From: Clostridia bacterium
GTDB taxonomy: Bacteria; Bacillota; Clostridia; Christensenellales; CAG-138
DNA length: 64,000 bases
Assembly (NCBI GenBank): GCA_017416425.1
Contig: JAFQCL010000001.1
Location: forward strand, 14,291-78,290
Direction of reading: 5' to 3'
A program made the position numbers and the translations under genes. The notes below the pieces were generated by a model. The model saw only the letters and a list, made by a program, of their open reading frames with translations. It was not told the origin of the DNA and made no database searches. Shown here one piece after another: positions 44,684 through 54,579 of this stretch (position 1 is its first letter; the number at the start of each line of letters is the position of its first letter).

Positions 44684-47600
44684 TTAGCCGTCTACCCGCA
44701 CCGCTTCGCCTATTGAGAGAAGGTATACATATCTTGACGATACAGGCGTACCTGTCATGGCAAGGAGCGCGTCCGCATAGAGGGAGAGCTGCTTTTTATG
44801 CGCCATGGCGGCGCTTTTTGCATCGCCTGCTATGTGATCCGTTTTAAAGTCGATAAGCACCCAGCTTCCATCTTCCAAAAAACAGCAGTCTATCATACCC
44901 TGAAGCAAAAATGTGCCTTCATATTCGGTGTCAAGGTAGTCTCTCGCTTTAGCGTTATAGTTGAATTTAAGCTCGCGGCGAACGTCCGTTGAGGCGCACA
45001 TTCTCTTCCAAAGCTCAGAACGGGTAAGGCTGAGCAGGCTTTTTTGCTCCAAAGCATCCGCTTCCTTTTGGGTAAATATCCCCTTTTGGGTGAGACGGGC
45101 TATCTCAAGAGCTATGCTGTCTTCGTCATGTTCCCTGATGCTGAGATTTTGAATAAACCTGTGTATAAGGGTGCCTTTTTCGGCGGCAGAGAAGGGTCTT
45201 TTTTCCTTTATAAAGGCGGGCGCGGCGTCAAAATCGAATAAAGCGCCGCCTGAAAGTTCCGATACGGTGAGCTTTGAGGGGGTTTTTGAAGCGGCAGAAT
45301 GTTCGTAGCTGAATTCGGGCATTGTGTGATGCTCTATAGCTGAAAGCATCGTGTCAAATTCAGTCTGTGAAAGAGCTACACCGCTAAGCTTCGCGCTTTT
45401 TTTTGTATCCGAGCTTGCGGTTATGGGCGAGGCGGAAAAACTCCTTATTGGCATATTAAGCTTCTTTTTCAGCTCATTTGCGCCTGATCCGGCCATTATG
45501 GCGGGCATCAGAAAATCAAGCTGGCAGCGCACCAAGTCCGAGGAAACAGCATCATTTTCCCATAACTCCGCCTTTTTTGCAAGGTTATTTACGGTGCCAA
45601 CTATGTAGAGCCTTTCTATGGCTCGGGTCATCGCCACATAGAGCAGCCTCAGTTCCTCTGATAGCCCCTGCATGCGCTCAAGCCCTTCCGCAGCTATGTA
45701 AAAAAGGCTTTTTTCCTTTGTATTATATAGGGCATCATAGCGGCAAAGACCTATTCCCACATCGGGATGGCAGAGCGCGGAGGCTTTTTCGCCAAATGTT
45801 GGCGCGATGAAGCTTTTTCCGGCATTTAAGAGTATGACAAAAGGAAATTCAAGCCCTTTGCTCTTATGGATGGTCATTACGCGTACTGCATCAATGCCGC
45901 CCATGGGCGCCGCGCCCGCGTATGCGTCCATAGTATCACGAAGCACATCATAATATTCGATAAATGAGTGCAGATCAAGCCTTCTTGATTCAGCGAGAAA
46001 ATGAGCGCTTTCGATAAGGCTGTCTATATTAAGAACACGCTTTTCGCCGCCGGGAAGGGCGCGTACAATACGATAAAAACCGGTTTCATCAAGCAGCTTT
46101 CCCATAAGCTCCTCAACGCTTAAAAGGTTGTGGCTATCGCTTAAGCGGCTCAGCATATCAAGGAAACCGAGTGTTTTTCTTCCAAGTGCGCTATCCTCCC
46201 CGCTCATCTTCAGCGCGGCCTCTATAAAGGGCGCTTTTTTTAGCTTTGTGCGGATTCTTGAAAGCTCTTTGGTATCAAAACCGCCTATTTCGGAATGCAT
46301 CACCGAGATAAGGGGTATATCCTGCCTGCTGTTGTCGATGACTCTAAGCAGATTCATAAGCGTTTGAACCTCTATGGAATCCATGTAGCCGCCTGCCTGA
46401 CCGCAGTACGCGGGTACCCCTTCGAGGGCAAGCGTTCGCACTACCGTCATGGCTGTGCTGTTTGAGCGCACGAGCAAGGCTATATCCTCATATCTGTAAG
46501 GTCTTTTTTGGCCTGTCTTGGGATCCTCAAAAAGCTCGCTTTTCAGCACTCGCCTTATTTGACGCAGCGCAAAGAGCGTCTCCGCTTCATCGCGTGAGAG
46601 ATCAAATTCATCGTCAGGCGTATCTATCTCAAGGTCGATTTCCTCAATATCCTCATGCGCTTCGTCTTCATCATCGCCATGATTATCAAGTATCATGACC
46701 TGCACTTTGCCCATATTTTCAGCGCCGGCACGCCCAAGCTTCAACCTTGCGGCCTCATCGTATTCTATTTCATACAGATCTTTTCGCATTACGTTTTCAA
46801 ATACCAGATTAACGGCATCGATTATCGCGCCGCAGCTTCGAAAGTTTGCGTTAAGGTCTATGGAGATACCGCCCTGTTTTTCCCTGTATTGGTCATATCT
46901 TTTAAGGAAAAGGGAGGGATCGGCCTGCCTGAAGCGGTATATGGACTGCTTAACATCGCCCACAAGAAACAGATTATCTCCGCTTGTTATACGTGAGATG
47001 ATAGCCTCCTGCACACGGTTGGAATCCTGATACTCGTCTATAAATATGTAGCGGATGCGCTGCTTTAAGGAATTTGCTGTATCGTCATCGCTTAAAAGTT
47101 TAAGCGTAAGATGCTCCATATCGTTATAGTCGATTACTCCCGCTCTGTGCTTTTTCTCATCGTACAGCTTATAGAATAAATGTATGTACTCCTTTAGGAA
47201 GAGTACAGCGGGGTAAAGCTTTAGATGGAGCTGCGCTGCAAGGGCAGGTGAAAGCTGAAGCATATCGCCAAGCCGGTTCAGGGATTTTTTAATATTGTCA
47301 CGATGTTTTTTAAGACCCTCGTGTTCATCAAAGGACCAGTAGGTCTTTGTGTTTATAGCTCGGGGCATGCGTGTAAAGGAGATAGCGTCATATCTTTGCG
47401 TCAGATCGGAAAGCGAATCCGCCTCAAGCAGGTTCTTACATATATTAAGATCGGAGGTAAGAAGCTCCCGCACCTCACCAAATCGTTCATATGTAACGTT
47501 TATGAGCCGCTCAAGCTCATAAATGAGCATTGAGGCAAGCCTTTTCGCATATAAAAATATCGCGTTTGAAGCCGGGGAGGAGTTTAGTTCCGATCCTGTC

Positions 47601-48184
47601 ATGGCATAGGAATTAAGCGCCATATCCAGCCAGGCCTCGGGCTCGGGCATAGCGCTCATTGCTGATATTATGGAGTCGGCAGCTGATAAAAAGCGTTTTT
47701 CACCGCCAAGCGCCGATATCGCAAGGTGAGCCTCATCGGGCTTTATGCCGCACAGCATTTCAAGCGCATCGTTTTTTGCTTCTACACGCATAAGCGCGGC
47801 TTCCGCATCAAAGGCGGCCCTAAAGGCGGGGTCAAGTCCAATGGCGCCAAAGTTTTTTCTAAGAAGCCTTGTACAAAATGCGTGTATTGTTGATATGCTT
47901 GCGGCGCTTGTTTTTTGCGCCTGATTTCTAAGATAAAGTTTGAGTGTGCTGCTATCCGTCTCCTCGGCGCACACGCGCAGGCGGCGTTCGATACGCTTTT
48001 TCATCTCCTCCGCGGCAGCCTTTGTAAAGGTAACCACAAGGAAGTCGTCTATATCCGCTCCGCCCGCTATCAGATTTACTATGCGCTCGGTGAGTACGGC
48101 GGTCTTACCCGAGCCTGCCGCAGCTGAAACGAGCAGATTCCCCTTCATGAATATGGCATTTTGTTGCGCAGTGGTCCAGTTCAA
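44684..48184 (-). CDS. addA: AddA-type helicase-nuclease (UvrD/Rep helicase plus C-terminal PD-(D/E)XK nuclease)
   Basis: 1166 aa. WTTAQQNAI...VSAAAGSGKTAVLTERI, FIDEYQDSN, TIHKSKGLEFP, and C-terminal nuclease motif GMIDCCF...LIDFKTD. Confidence 0.85.
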   Translation of the reverse strand: MNWTTAQQNAIFMKGNLLVSAAAGSGKTAVLTERIVNLIAGGADIDDFLVVTFTKAAAEEMKKRIERRLRVCAEETDSSTLKLYLRNQAQKTSAASISTIHAFCTRLLRKNFGAIGLDPAFRAAFDAEAALMRVEAKNDALEMLCGIKPDEAHLAISALGGEKRFLSAADSIISAMSAMPEPEAWLDMALNSYAMTGSELNSSPASNAIFLYAKRLASMLIYELERLINVTYERFGEVRELLTSDLNICKNLLEADSLSDLTQRYDAISFTRMPRAINTKTYWSFDEHEGLKKHRDNIKKSLNRLGDMLQLSPALAAQLHLKLYPAVLFLKEYIHLFYKLYDEKKHRAGVIDYNDMEHLTLKLLSDDDTANSLKQRIRYIFIDEYQDSNRVQEAIISRITSGDNLFLVGDVKQSIYRFRQADPSLFLKRYDQYREKQGGISIDLNANFRSCGAIIDAVNLVFENVMRKDLYEIEYDEAARLKLGRAGAENMGKVQVMILDNHGDDEDEAHEDIEEIDLEIDTPDDEFDLSRDEAETLFALRQIRRVLKSELFEDPKTGQKRPYRYEDIALLVRSNSTAMTVVRTLALEGVPAYCGQAGGYMDSIEVQTLMNLLRVIDNSRQDIPLISVMHSEIGGFDTKELSRIRTKLKKAPFIEAALKMSGEDSALGRKTLGFLDMLSRLSDSHNLLSVEELMGKLLDETGFYRIVRALPGGEKRVLNIDSLIESAHFLAESRRLDLHSFIEYYDVLRDTMDAYAGAAPMGGIDAVRVMTIHKSKGLEFPFVILLNAGKSFIAPTFGEKASALCHPDVGIGLCRYDALYNTKEKSLFYIAAEGLERMQGLSEELRLLYVAMTRAIERLYIVGTVNNLAKKAELWENDAVSSDLVRCQLDFLMPAIMAGSGANELKKKLNMPIRSFSASPITASSDTKKSAKLSGVALSQTEFDTMLSAIEHHTMPEFSYEHSAASKTPSKLTVSELSGGALFDFDAAPAFIKEKRPFSAAEKGTLIHRFIQNLSIREHDEDSIALEIARLTQKGIFTQKEADALEQKSLLSLTRSELWKRMCASTDVRRELKFNYNAKARDYLDTEYEGTFLLQGMIDCCFLEDGSWVLIDFKTDHIAGDAKSAAMAHKKQLSLYADALLAMTGTPVSSRYVYLLSIGEAVRVDG

Positions 48185-48296
48185 TCTAAAACTCCCGAAA
48201 AGTACGTTTCTTTAATTATAGCACGCGTTCTGTTTTAAATCATCACTGAGGTTTGTAAAAAACGGCGCCTGTCATATTAATATATTAAAAAAAGTG

Positions 48297-48325
48297 TTGA
48301 CTTGCGTTTTAAAACATGATAAAGT
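48297..48325 (+). promoter_or_regulatory. Putative promoter for the tRNA-Met pair
   Basis: TTGACT (48297-48302), 17-nt spacer, TAAAGT (48320-48325), about 28 nt before the first tRNA. Confidence 0.5.
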
Positions 48326-48353
48326 ATCCCTTGCAAGAATTAGATTGCGACAT

Positions 48354-48429
<76 letters not shown>

Positions 48430-48434
48430 AAAAT

Positions 48435-48511
48435 GGCGGCGTAACTCAGTTGGCTAGAGTAGTCGGTTCATACCCGGCCTGTCATCCGTTCGAATCGGAT
48501 CGCCGCTACCA
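48435..48511 (+). tRNA. tRNA-Met (anticodon CAT), elongator type; lysidine-modified tRNA-Ile2 not excluded
   Basis: GGCGGCG acceptor stem, GTCGG-TTCATAC-CCGGC anticodon arm, ATCCG-TTCGAAT-CGGAT T arm, encoded CCA. From memory it resembles Bacillus elongator tRNA-Met. Confidence 0.8.
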
Positions 48512-48519
48512 CGAAAAAA

Positions 48520-48554
48520 CACATCTTTGCCCGGTAGGCAAAGATGTGTTTTTT
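48520..48554 (+). terminator. Rho-independent terminator after the tRNAs
   Basis: 12-bp perfect stem cacatctttgcc/ggcaaagatgtg, 5-nt loop, T6. Confidence 0.85.
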
Positions 48555-48804
48555 AAGCTAAGCGCTTCGCAAGCGCAGCGTGAAGCGCGCTGCGCACGAT
48601 AAGATGCGGAATGCTTAACTTCACTTTCTGTAAAGCACAATATTTCACAAAGGTAATATTTAGGCTTCACTGAGATTCATGCTAGTTTCAGTTCTTAAAT
48701 TATATTTTAAGCCGGCATGTGAGCTATCAGGGTTTAGGTGTAGACCTCTTGAAGCGCTCGTGGTTTTGTAATATAATTACTTTGATAGATAAGAATTTTC
48801 AGAG

Positions 48805-49038
48805 GTGATGGGGTTGAAACTATATAGAAAGAAAATAATAGCTCCGATTGTAGTTTCGGTCATTGTAATACTTTATTATGTTTTTTACTTTGGCGTTTTA
48901 ATATTATTGCTTGATGGTATATGGAAATATGTTTTAGGCATTATTCCTATTATATTATCGGTGATAATGGTCAAAGTTTTAATAGAAAGAATCAATGAGA
49001 TAAAGAAAGGTGAAGAAGATGATATTAGTCAATACTGA
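48805..49038 (+). CDS. Small two-TM membrane protein
   Basis: About 75 aa, two hydrophobic helices and an acidic tail. Start ambiguous (GTG 48805, ATG 48808 or TTG 48814). Overlaps the start of the YbjQ gene. Confidence 0.5.
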   Translation: MMGLKLYRKKIIAPIVVSVIVILYYVFYFGVLILLLDGIWKYVLGIIPIILSVIMVKVLIERINEIKKGEEDDISQY

Positions 49039-49336
49039 TTATATCAGCGGCAAAGAATTAGAAACGCTGTCGCTTGTAAAAGGAAGCACAATTCAATCCA
49101 GGCATATTGGAAAAGATATTTCGCAGGCTTTCAAAACCTTAGTAGGCGGAGAGCTAAAAGCGTATAATGAGATGATGAACGAGGCGAGAGCATTGGCTAC
49201 AAAGAGAATGGTTGAGGAAGCCGAAACGATAGGAGCAGATGCTGTTGTAAATATTCGCTACGCTTCCTCTGCTGTTATGCAGGGAGCCGCAGAAGTTATT
49301 GTATACGGTACTGCTGTTAAATTTGTGAATAAGTAA
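49019..49336 (+). CDS. YbjQ/UPF0145-family protein
   Basis: MILVNTDYISGKE...VGGELKAYNEMMNEAR...GADAVVNIRY is typical of the family. 105 aa. Confidence 0.85.
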   Translation: MILVNTDYISGKELETLSLVKGSTIQSRHIGKDISQAFKTLVGGELKAYNEMMNEARALATKRMVEEAETIGADAVVNIRYASSAVMQGAAEVIVYGTAVKFVNK

Positions 49337-49797
49337 GCTATAGGAAATTGAGAGGAAGTTATTTTTAGGCAGCACAGATACCTTTTATGATAATTCAGCT
49401 TCTCAATATGATTAAAGGACAGAAGTGTCGTTTGAAACATGTGTGTGAGATTATGATTGTTAAGAACCTACACGGCATATCTTGATGATGATACTTTCAC
49501 CAAAGCACAATACTGAGCTGCGGCAGTATTGCGGCTTTACTTGCCGCACTGCGTCAAATTTTACTATAATTTAAAGTTCCGGCAAAGGTATGATATCATT
49601 GCAGCAAAGGGTATCGGTATGAAAATGAATTTTTACGCCGCTATTTGTGCCTTTTTCGTGTATAACACAATAATTTTGCCGGCTTGCCGGCTGAAAAGCT
49701 GCTGTTAAAAAGCAGAGCAGGTATTTAAGGCCGGCGGAACGACTATCCTTATTGCGTGGAAAATGGCGTAGAGCAATTTATAGACAATGCGTGAAGC

Positions 49798-49836
49798 GGA
49801 GCATCTTTGGTATATTATTAAAGATGCTCTTTTTTG
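49798..49836 (+). terminator. Strong orphan rho-independent terminator
   Basis: 10-11-bp stem (g)gagcatcttt/aaagatgctc(t), 11-nt loop, T6. No tracked gene ends within 460 nt upstream. Confidence 0.7.
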
Positions 49837-49999
49837 CGTAAAAGCAGGAATATCATCCATTCATTGCTTTGCTTTGGGCATTTGTAAAAAGCGTGTGAAG
49901 ATAAATATTAGCTGTGATTTTTGCCAAACTATATTTAATCATTCAAGTAAATTCGAGAGGAGAAAAGGCTACACTCATGTATAGAAAGGATGGAAAGCG

Positions 50000-51127
50000 A
50001 TGAAAGCGATCGTATATGAAGGCGTAAAGGATGTTCGTGTTGAGGAGGTATTAGATCCAACTATCGAAAAAGATGACGATATCATAGTTAAGGTTACTTC
50101 TACTGCCATCTGTGGTTCGGATCTACACCTGCTTCATGGAAGATTGCCGGCGCTAAAGCCCGGCTTCGTACTCGGTCATGAGGCGATGGGTATTGTAGAG
50201 GAGGCCGGCCAAGGCGTTACCAATGTGAAAAAGGGGGATAGAGTGATCGTACCCTTCCCCGTGGCCTGCGGCCATTGTTTTTTCTGTGAACATGGCCATT
50301 TCAGCCAGTGCGATAATTCAAATCCGAATGGTGAGGCAGGAGGGCTTTTTGGCTATTCAGATGCTTATGGCGGATATGCCGGCGGACAGGCGGAGTATTT
50401 GCGAGTTCCCTATGCAAATGTGGGACCTGTGGTGGTGCCGGAGGAGCTGAGCGATGAACAGGTTCTTTTTCTTACCGATATTCTGCCTACATCCCGCTGG
50501 GGTGTGGATATAGGCAATGTAAAGGCGGGAGATACGGTCGTGGTGCTGGGCTGCGGTCCTGTTGGACTGCTTACCATCAAGTGGTGCATACTTCTTGGAG
50601 CAAGGCGCATCATAGCTGTTGACGGTATAGATTATCGCTTAAAGCACGCCAAAGCTTACGGCGTGGAGACGATCAACATTGAGGATTATGACAATACCGG
50701 ACTAGAGATAAAGGAGCGGACTCATGGCGGAGCGGATGTAGTAATTGATTGCGTGGGTCTGGATGGAAGAATGTCGTTTATGGAAAAGCTGGAAGCGGCC
50801 ATGAAATTACAGGCAGGCTCAAAATCAGCTATAGAGATATCCTCTGAAGCGGTTCGAAAATGCGGCACCATCGCTATGATTGGCGTTTACGGAGGGCGCT
50901 ATAACACATTCCCGATGGGCAATTTTTTCAGCAGAAATATTACGCTGAAAATGGGGCAGTGTCCCGCGCAGGCGTATGTGAGACCCATTTTGGAGCTTAT
51001 TCAAAGAAACGAATTCGATGCTACTGATATCATCACCCATACCCTCAGCCTAAAAGAGGGCAGCTATGGATATTCTATCTTTGATAACAAGGAAGATGGG
51101 TGTATAAAGGTCGTCTTAAAGCCGTAA
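50000..51127 (+). CDS. Zinc-dependent medium-chain dehydrogenase (formaldehyde/alcohol dehydrogenase-like)
   Basis: Catalytic Zn ligands (CGSDLH, GHE), structural Zn cluster CGHCFFCEHGHFSQC, and Rossmann motif VLGCGPVG. Confidence 0.9.
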   Translation: MKAIVYEGVKDVRVEEVLDPTIEKDDDIIVKVTSTAICGSDLHLLHGRLPALKPGFVLGHEAMGIVEEAGQGVTNVKKGDRVIVPFPVACGHCFFCEHGHFSQCDNSNPNGEAGGLFGYSDAYGGYAGGQAEYLRVPYANVGPVVVPEELSDEQVLFLTDILPTSRWGVDIGNVKAGDTVVVLGCGPVGLLTIKWCILLGARRIIAVDGIDYRLKHAKAYGVETINIEDYDNTGLEIKERTHGGADVVIDCVGLDGRMSFMEKLEAAMKLQAGSKSAIEISSEAVRKCGTIAMIGVYGGRYNTFPMGNFFSRNITLKMGQCPAQAYVRPILELIQRNEFDATDIITHTLSLKEGSYGYSIFDNKEDGCIKVVLKP

Positions 51128-51215
51128 AGGAATGTACCCCATATTTTACAACTAAATACCGATTCTAATTCCACAGAAAGGAAGCTTTCGCTATGAGAAA
51201 GTATGGTTTTAAATT

Positions 51216-53204
51216 ATGTCAAACAAACTGAGTATGGAAAAATCACCCTATCTGCTTCAGCATAAGGATAACCCGGTGGACTGGTATCCCTGGAGCGGCG
51301 AGGCATTTAATAAGGCTTTGGCGGAGGATAAGCCCATATTTTTGAGCATAGGCTATTCCACCTGCCACTGGTGTCATGTTATGGCGCACGAATCCTTTGA
51401 GGATCAAAGAATTGCGGAGCTTTTGAAGGAATTTGTGTGCATCAAGGTTGACAGGGAGGAGCGCCCTGATATCGACTCAGTGTATATGAGCGTCTGTCAG
51501 GCGCTTACCGGCTCGGGAGGCTGGCCGCTTACGGTATTTATGACGCCCGAGCAAAAGCCCTTTTTTGCGGGAACCTATTTCCCGAAGAAAAACCGCTACG
51601 GACAGATAGGGCTTACTGAACTCCTTTTAGAGATCACAAAGCTTTGGAATACCCAAAGGGAGGAGCTTTTAAAATCGGGTGATAAAATAGTTTCGTTTAT
51701 ACAAAAAGAACGATCTTCTCCCGACGGCAAGCCCGATAAAGCGCTTTTAAGGCAGGGCTACAGGTTTTTTAAAAACAGCTTTGATGAAAAATGGGGAGGC
51801 TTTGCAAGAGCGCCAAAGTTTCCAACGCCGCATAACCTTATGTTCCTTATGCGCATCTATGAGCTGGAGCGTAAGCCGGAGGCTTTGCAGATGGTCAGAA
51901 CTACATTAGACGCTATGGCATCGGGCGGAATATTCGATCATATCGGAGGCGGTTTTTCCCGCTATTCTACCGATGAAAAATGGCTCGTTCCGCATTTTGA
52001 AAAGATGCTCTATGATAACGCCCTGCTTATGCTTGCCTATTTGGAAGCTTTTCAGCTTACAGGGGAAGAAAGCTATGTCGATACGGTGCGAAAAACGGCT
52101 GATTTTATACTCAGGGAGCTTACGGATAAGGATGGCGGCTTTTATTGCGGACAGGATGCGGACAGCGATGGGGTTGAAGGAAAATATTATGTATTTACCC
52201 CGGATGAAGTCGTGAATGTGCTGGGAGAGGAGAGCGGCCGTGAGTTTTGTGAGATTTACAACATAACAAACGAAGGAAATTTTGAAGGAAAGAGCATACC
52301 AAACCTTATAGGTAAATTAGGCAAGGGCTGGAAGCATAAAGATGCCCGCCTTATAAAGCTTATAGAATATCGAAAGAGAAGAGCCGGCCTTCATCTTGAT
52401 AATAAGATTTTGCTGTCGTGGAACGCCTGGATGATAATGGCTATGGTAAGGGCCGGCAGCATACTAAATGATGGAGTATATCTTGACGCGGCAAAAAAAG
52501 CGCATGGATTCATAAAAACGCATATGACGGATGAGAAAAACAGGCTCTATTTGCGCTTTTGCGATGGTGAAGCGGCGCATAGGGGGCAGCTTGATGATTA
52601 TGCGGTATACGCGCTGTCATTAACAGAGCTTTATAGGGTAACTCAGGATATAGAATACCTGAAGGAAGCCATGCTTCGCACAGAACAGATGATGGAGCTG
52701 TTTGAGGATAAAAAACGCGGAGGCTACTATATCACCTCCCACGATGCCGAATCGCTTATAGCTCGCCCAAAGGAGACTTATGATGGCGCCATTCCTTCGG
52801 GAAACTCGGTCGCCGCGATGGCGCTTGAGAATTTAGCAAGGCTTACGGGCAAACAGCGACTAATTGAAGCGGCAGACAGGCAGCAGAGATTTATTGCAGG
52901 TGAGATAAGCGAATATCCCGGCGGGCACGCTTTTGCGCTCATGGCTATGGCAAATGCGCTCTATCCAAAAAAAGAGCTGCTTTACACGGGAAGCAGTGTT
53001 CCAAATGAGATAATCGATCATATAAGAAGCCATCCCGCGCATGATCTGAGTATTCTTTATAAATCAGCGGAGAATGAGGAGGAGCTGTCAAAGCTTGCGC
53101 CTTTTACTAAAGATTATCCCATATCGGAACATACGGTATGGTATCTGTGTGAAAACGGAGCCTGCCATGCGCCGGTCATGGACTTTAGCGAGCTGGAACT
53201 TTAG
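51216..53204 (+). CDS. Thioredoxin-domain protein, YyaL/DUF255 family, with an (alpha/alpha)6 epimerase-like domain
   Basis: N-terminal [17 protein letters not shown]...STCHWCHVM signature. 662 aa. Confidence 0.9.
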   Translation: MSNKLSMEKSPYLLQHKDNPVDWYPWSGEAFNKALAEDKPIFLSIGYSTCHWCHVMAHESFEDQRIAELLKEFVCIKVDREERPDIDSVYMSVCQALTGSGGWPLTVFMTPEQKPFFAGTYFPKKNRYGQIGLTELLLEITKLWNTQREELLKSGDKIVSFIQKERSSPDGKPDKALLRQGYRFFKNSFDEKWGGFARAPKFPTPHNLMFLMRIYELERKPEALQMVRTTLDAMASGGIFDHIGGGFSRYSTDEKWLVPHFEKMLYDNALLMLAYLEAFQLTGEESYVDTVRKTADFILRELTDKDGGFYCGQDADSDGVEGKYYVFTPDEVVNVLGEESGREFCEIYNITNEGNFEGKSIPNLIGKLGKGWKHKDARLIKLIEYRKRRAGLHLDNKILLSWNAWMIMAMVRAGSILNDGVYLDAAKKAHGFIKTHMTDEKNRLYLRFCDGEAAHRGQLDDYAVYALSLTELYRVTQDIEYLKEAMLRTEQMMELFEDKKRGGYYITSHDAESLIARPKETYDGAIPSGNSVAAMALENLARLTGKQRLIEAADRQQRFIAGEISEYPGGHAFALMAMANALYPKKELLYTGSSVPNEIIDHIRSHPAHDLSILYKSAENEEELSKLAPFTKDYPISEHTVWYLCENGACHAPVMDFSELEL

Positions 53205-53370
53205 CTCAAGGCTTAAAAATTAAACCGCCCTTAGGGGTCAGTGGCCATAAGACAGCTTACAGGCACAGCAGATCAAACTGCTGTGCCTGTTCTTGCATAT
53301 TTGTATGCCTTATGATAGAATCTCCAAAAGACTGATAAGCTTGAATTCTACTATTCCTCGCTTATAGCCA

Positions 53371-54237
53371 ATGGATTTGTTAACGGAAAAAGCCGAGAAA
53401 GAGTGTGTAAAAAAGATGAAAGACAATATAGAAATTAAAAATTTAGTGCCAAAATTTTTGGATTTTTATAATCGCGCTGTTGGGTGTGATGAGGCGGCTC
53501 GTTTTGAATTGTGGGAAAAGCATTATGGATTTGCGGCGGTTCCTCCCGGAGAAGAAGGAGCACTGCTTGCTAAGCAGCAGCTGGAGGCGGCATGGGAAAA
53601 GTATGAGAAGGTTCTTCCCTTTTTGGAGCGATGGTCTCCTGATACTTATAAAATACAACAGTATTTATCAAAAATAAAAAGTGTGTTGGAGTACAGCGAA
53701 TCTGTAGATGTAGTATTGATTTTCTTTGTGGGTGCCTTTGATGGAAACGCCTTTGCTGCTCCATATGGTGAAAACCGAATTGCGATATGTCTGCCGATAG
53801 AAGGCGGTGAAAATCAAATTACCGTTGTACATGAGCTTATTCATCTTGTGCATGGGAAAATGATCGGTTCTGTTATGAGCTTTGAGAAAACTGTGGCATC
53901 TTTGGTATTTCAGGAAGGTTTGGCAACACAGTTGAGTAAGCATCTGGTTCCGGGCTATCAGGATGAGGTCTATGTAGGGCATCAAGAGGGGTGGTTACAA
54001 GAATGCCGCAAAGATGTAAAACAAATTTTGCAAGGAATTAAACCATGCTTGCAAGAGCGTTCCGCGGAAAGAGTATTTCAGTTTACCATGGGAGTAGGAA
54101 CTACCGGAAAGGCACGCGAGGGTTACTTTGCAGGCTGGAAACTGATCGGAGATATGATAGAGGACGGTTGGTCTTTCCCGGATATCGCAAGGATAAGGGA
54201 AGAGGATATGGGTAACGTCCTCATGGAATATATTTAA
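53371..54237 (+). CDS. Putative zinc-dependent peptidase-like protein (HExxH; DUF2268-like)
   Basis: VVHELIHLVHG motif. No signal peptide. The start may be the internal Met (MKDNIEIK). Confidence 0.55.
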   Translation: MDLLTEKAEKECVKKMKDNIEIKNLVPKFLDFYNRAVGCDEAARFELWEKHYGFAAVPPGEEGALLAKQQLEAAWEKYEKVLPFLERWSPDTYKIQQYLSKIKSVLEYSESVDVVLIFFVGAFDGNAFAAPYGENRIAICLPIEGGENQITVVHELIHLVHGKMIGSVMSFEKTVASLVFQEGLATQLSKHLVPGYQDEVYVGHQEGWLQECRKDVKQILQGIKPCLQERSAERVFQFTMGVGTTGKAREGYFAGWKLIGDMIEDGWSFPDIARIREEDMGNVLMEYI

Positions 54238-54384
54238 TCAGTACAGCGACCATATACGATAAAAGCTATTAAATTGCAGAATATAATTTCAGTTTGTCGA
54301 ACAGTAGGGGCGCACTTCTATATAGCTTGGATGTATCGTCTGGCATGCTCTGGTATGCGGTTTTACAGCGCACCAAAGCCTCCA

Positions 54385-54467
54385 CTGTGTAAGGGGGATG
54401 TGCCCCGCAGGGGCGGAGAGGTTGTCGATTCCTCAGTCAGCTGTGCTGACTGCTCCCTTTACACAAG
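54385..54467. repeat. Composite GC-rich palindromic intergenic element
   Basis: Outer arms ctgtgtaaggggga / tccctttacacaag (imperfect). Inner hairpins gcccc-gca-ggggc (54402-54414) and cagtcagc-tgt-gctgactg (54434-54452). Confidence 0.55.
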
Positions 54468-54502
54468 GGCGCCTTTCCGAAACCGACACATATTACAAAA
54501 CC

Positions 54503-54540
54503 GACCTATGATCATAACCATAGGTCAGTTTTACTGTTTT
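54503..54540. terminator. Bidirectional terminator between convergent genes
   Basis: gacctatg/cataggtc stem (54503-54526) with T-rich flanks on both strands. About 55 nt past the aminopeptidase stop. Confidence 0.6.
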
Positions 54541-54579
54541 ATGAAACCCCGGCGAAGGGCGATTTAATTTTTTGCGATG

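Noticed and set aside
48631-49515. Similar 22-mers ((c/t)actttc...aaagcacaata) at ~48634-48655 and ~49493-49514 flanking the small-membrane-protein/YbjQ pair, considered as possible cassette boundary repeats.
   Set aside because: Only about 18 of 22 positions match. By my estimate, dozens of such matches are expected by chance in 64 kb. No integrase or transposase is nearby.
54274-54567. 97-aa ORF across the convergent intergenic region.
   Set aside because: It is produced by read-through of the GC-rich palindromic element and the bidirectional terminator. It has no RBS and an implausible composition.
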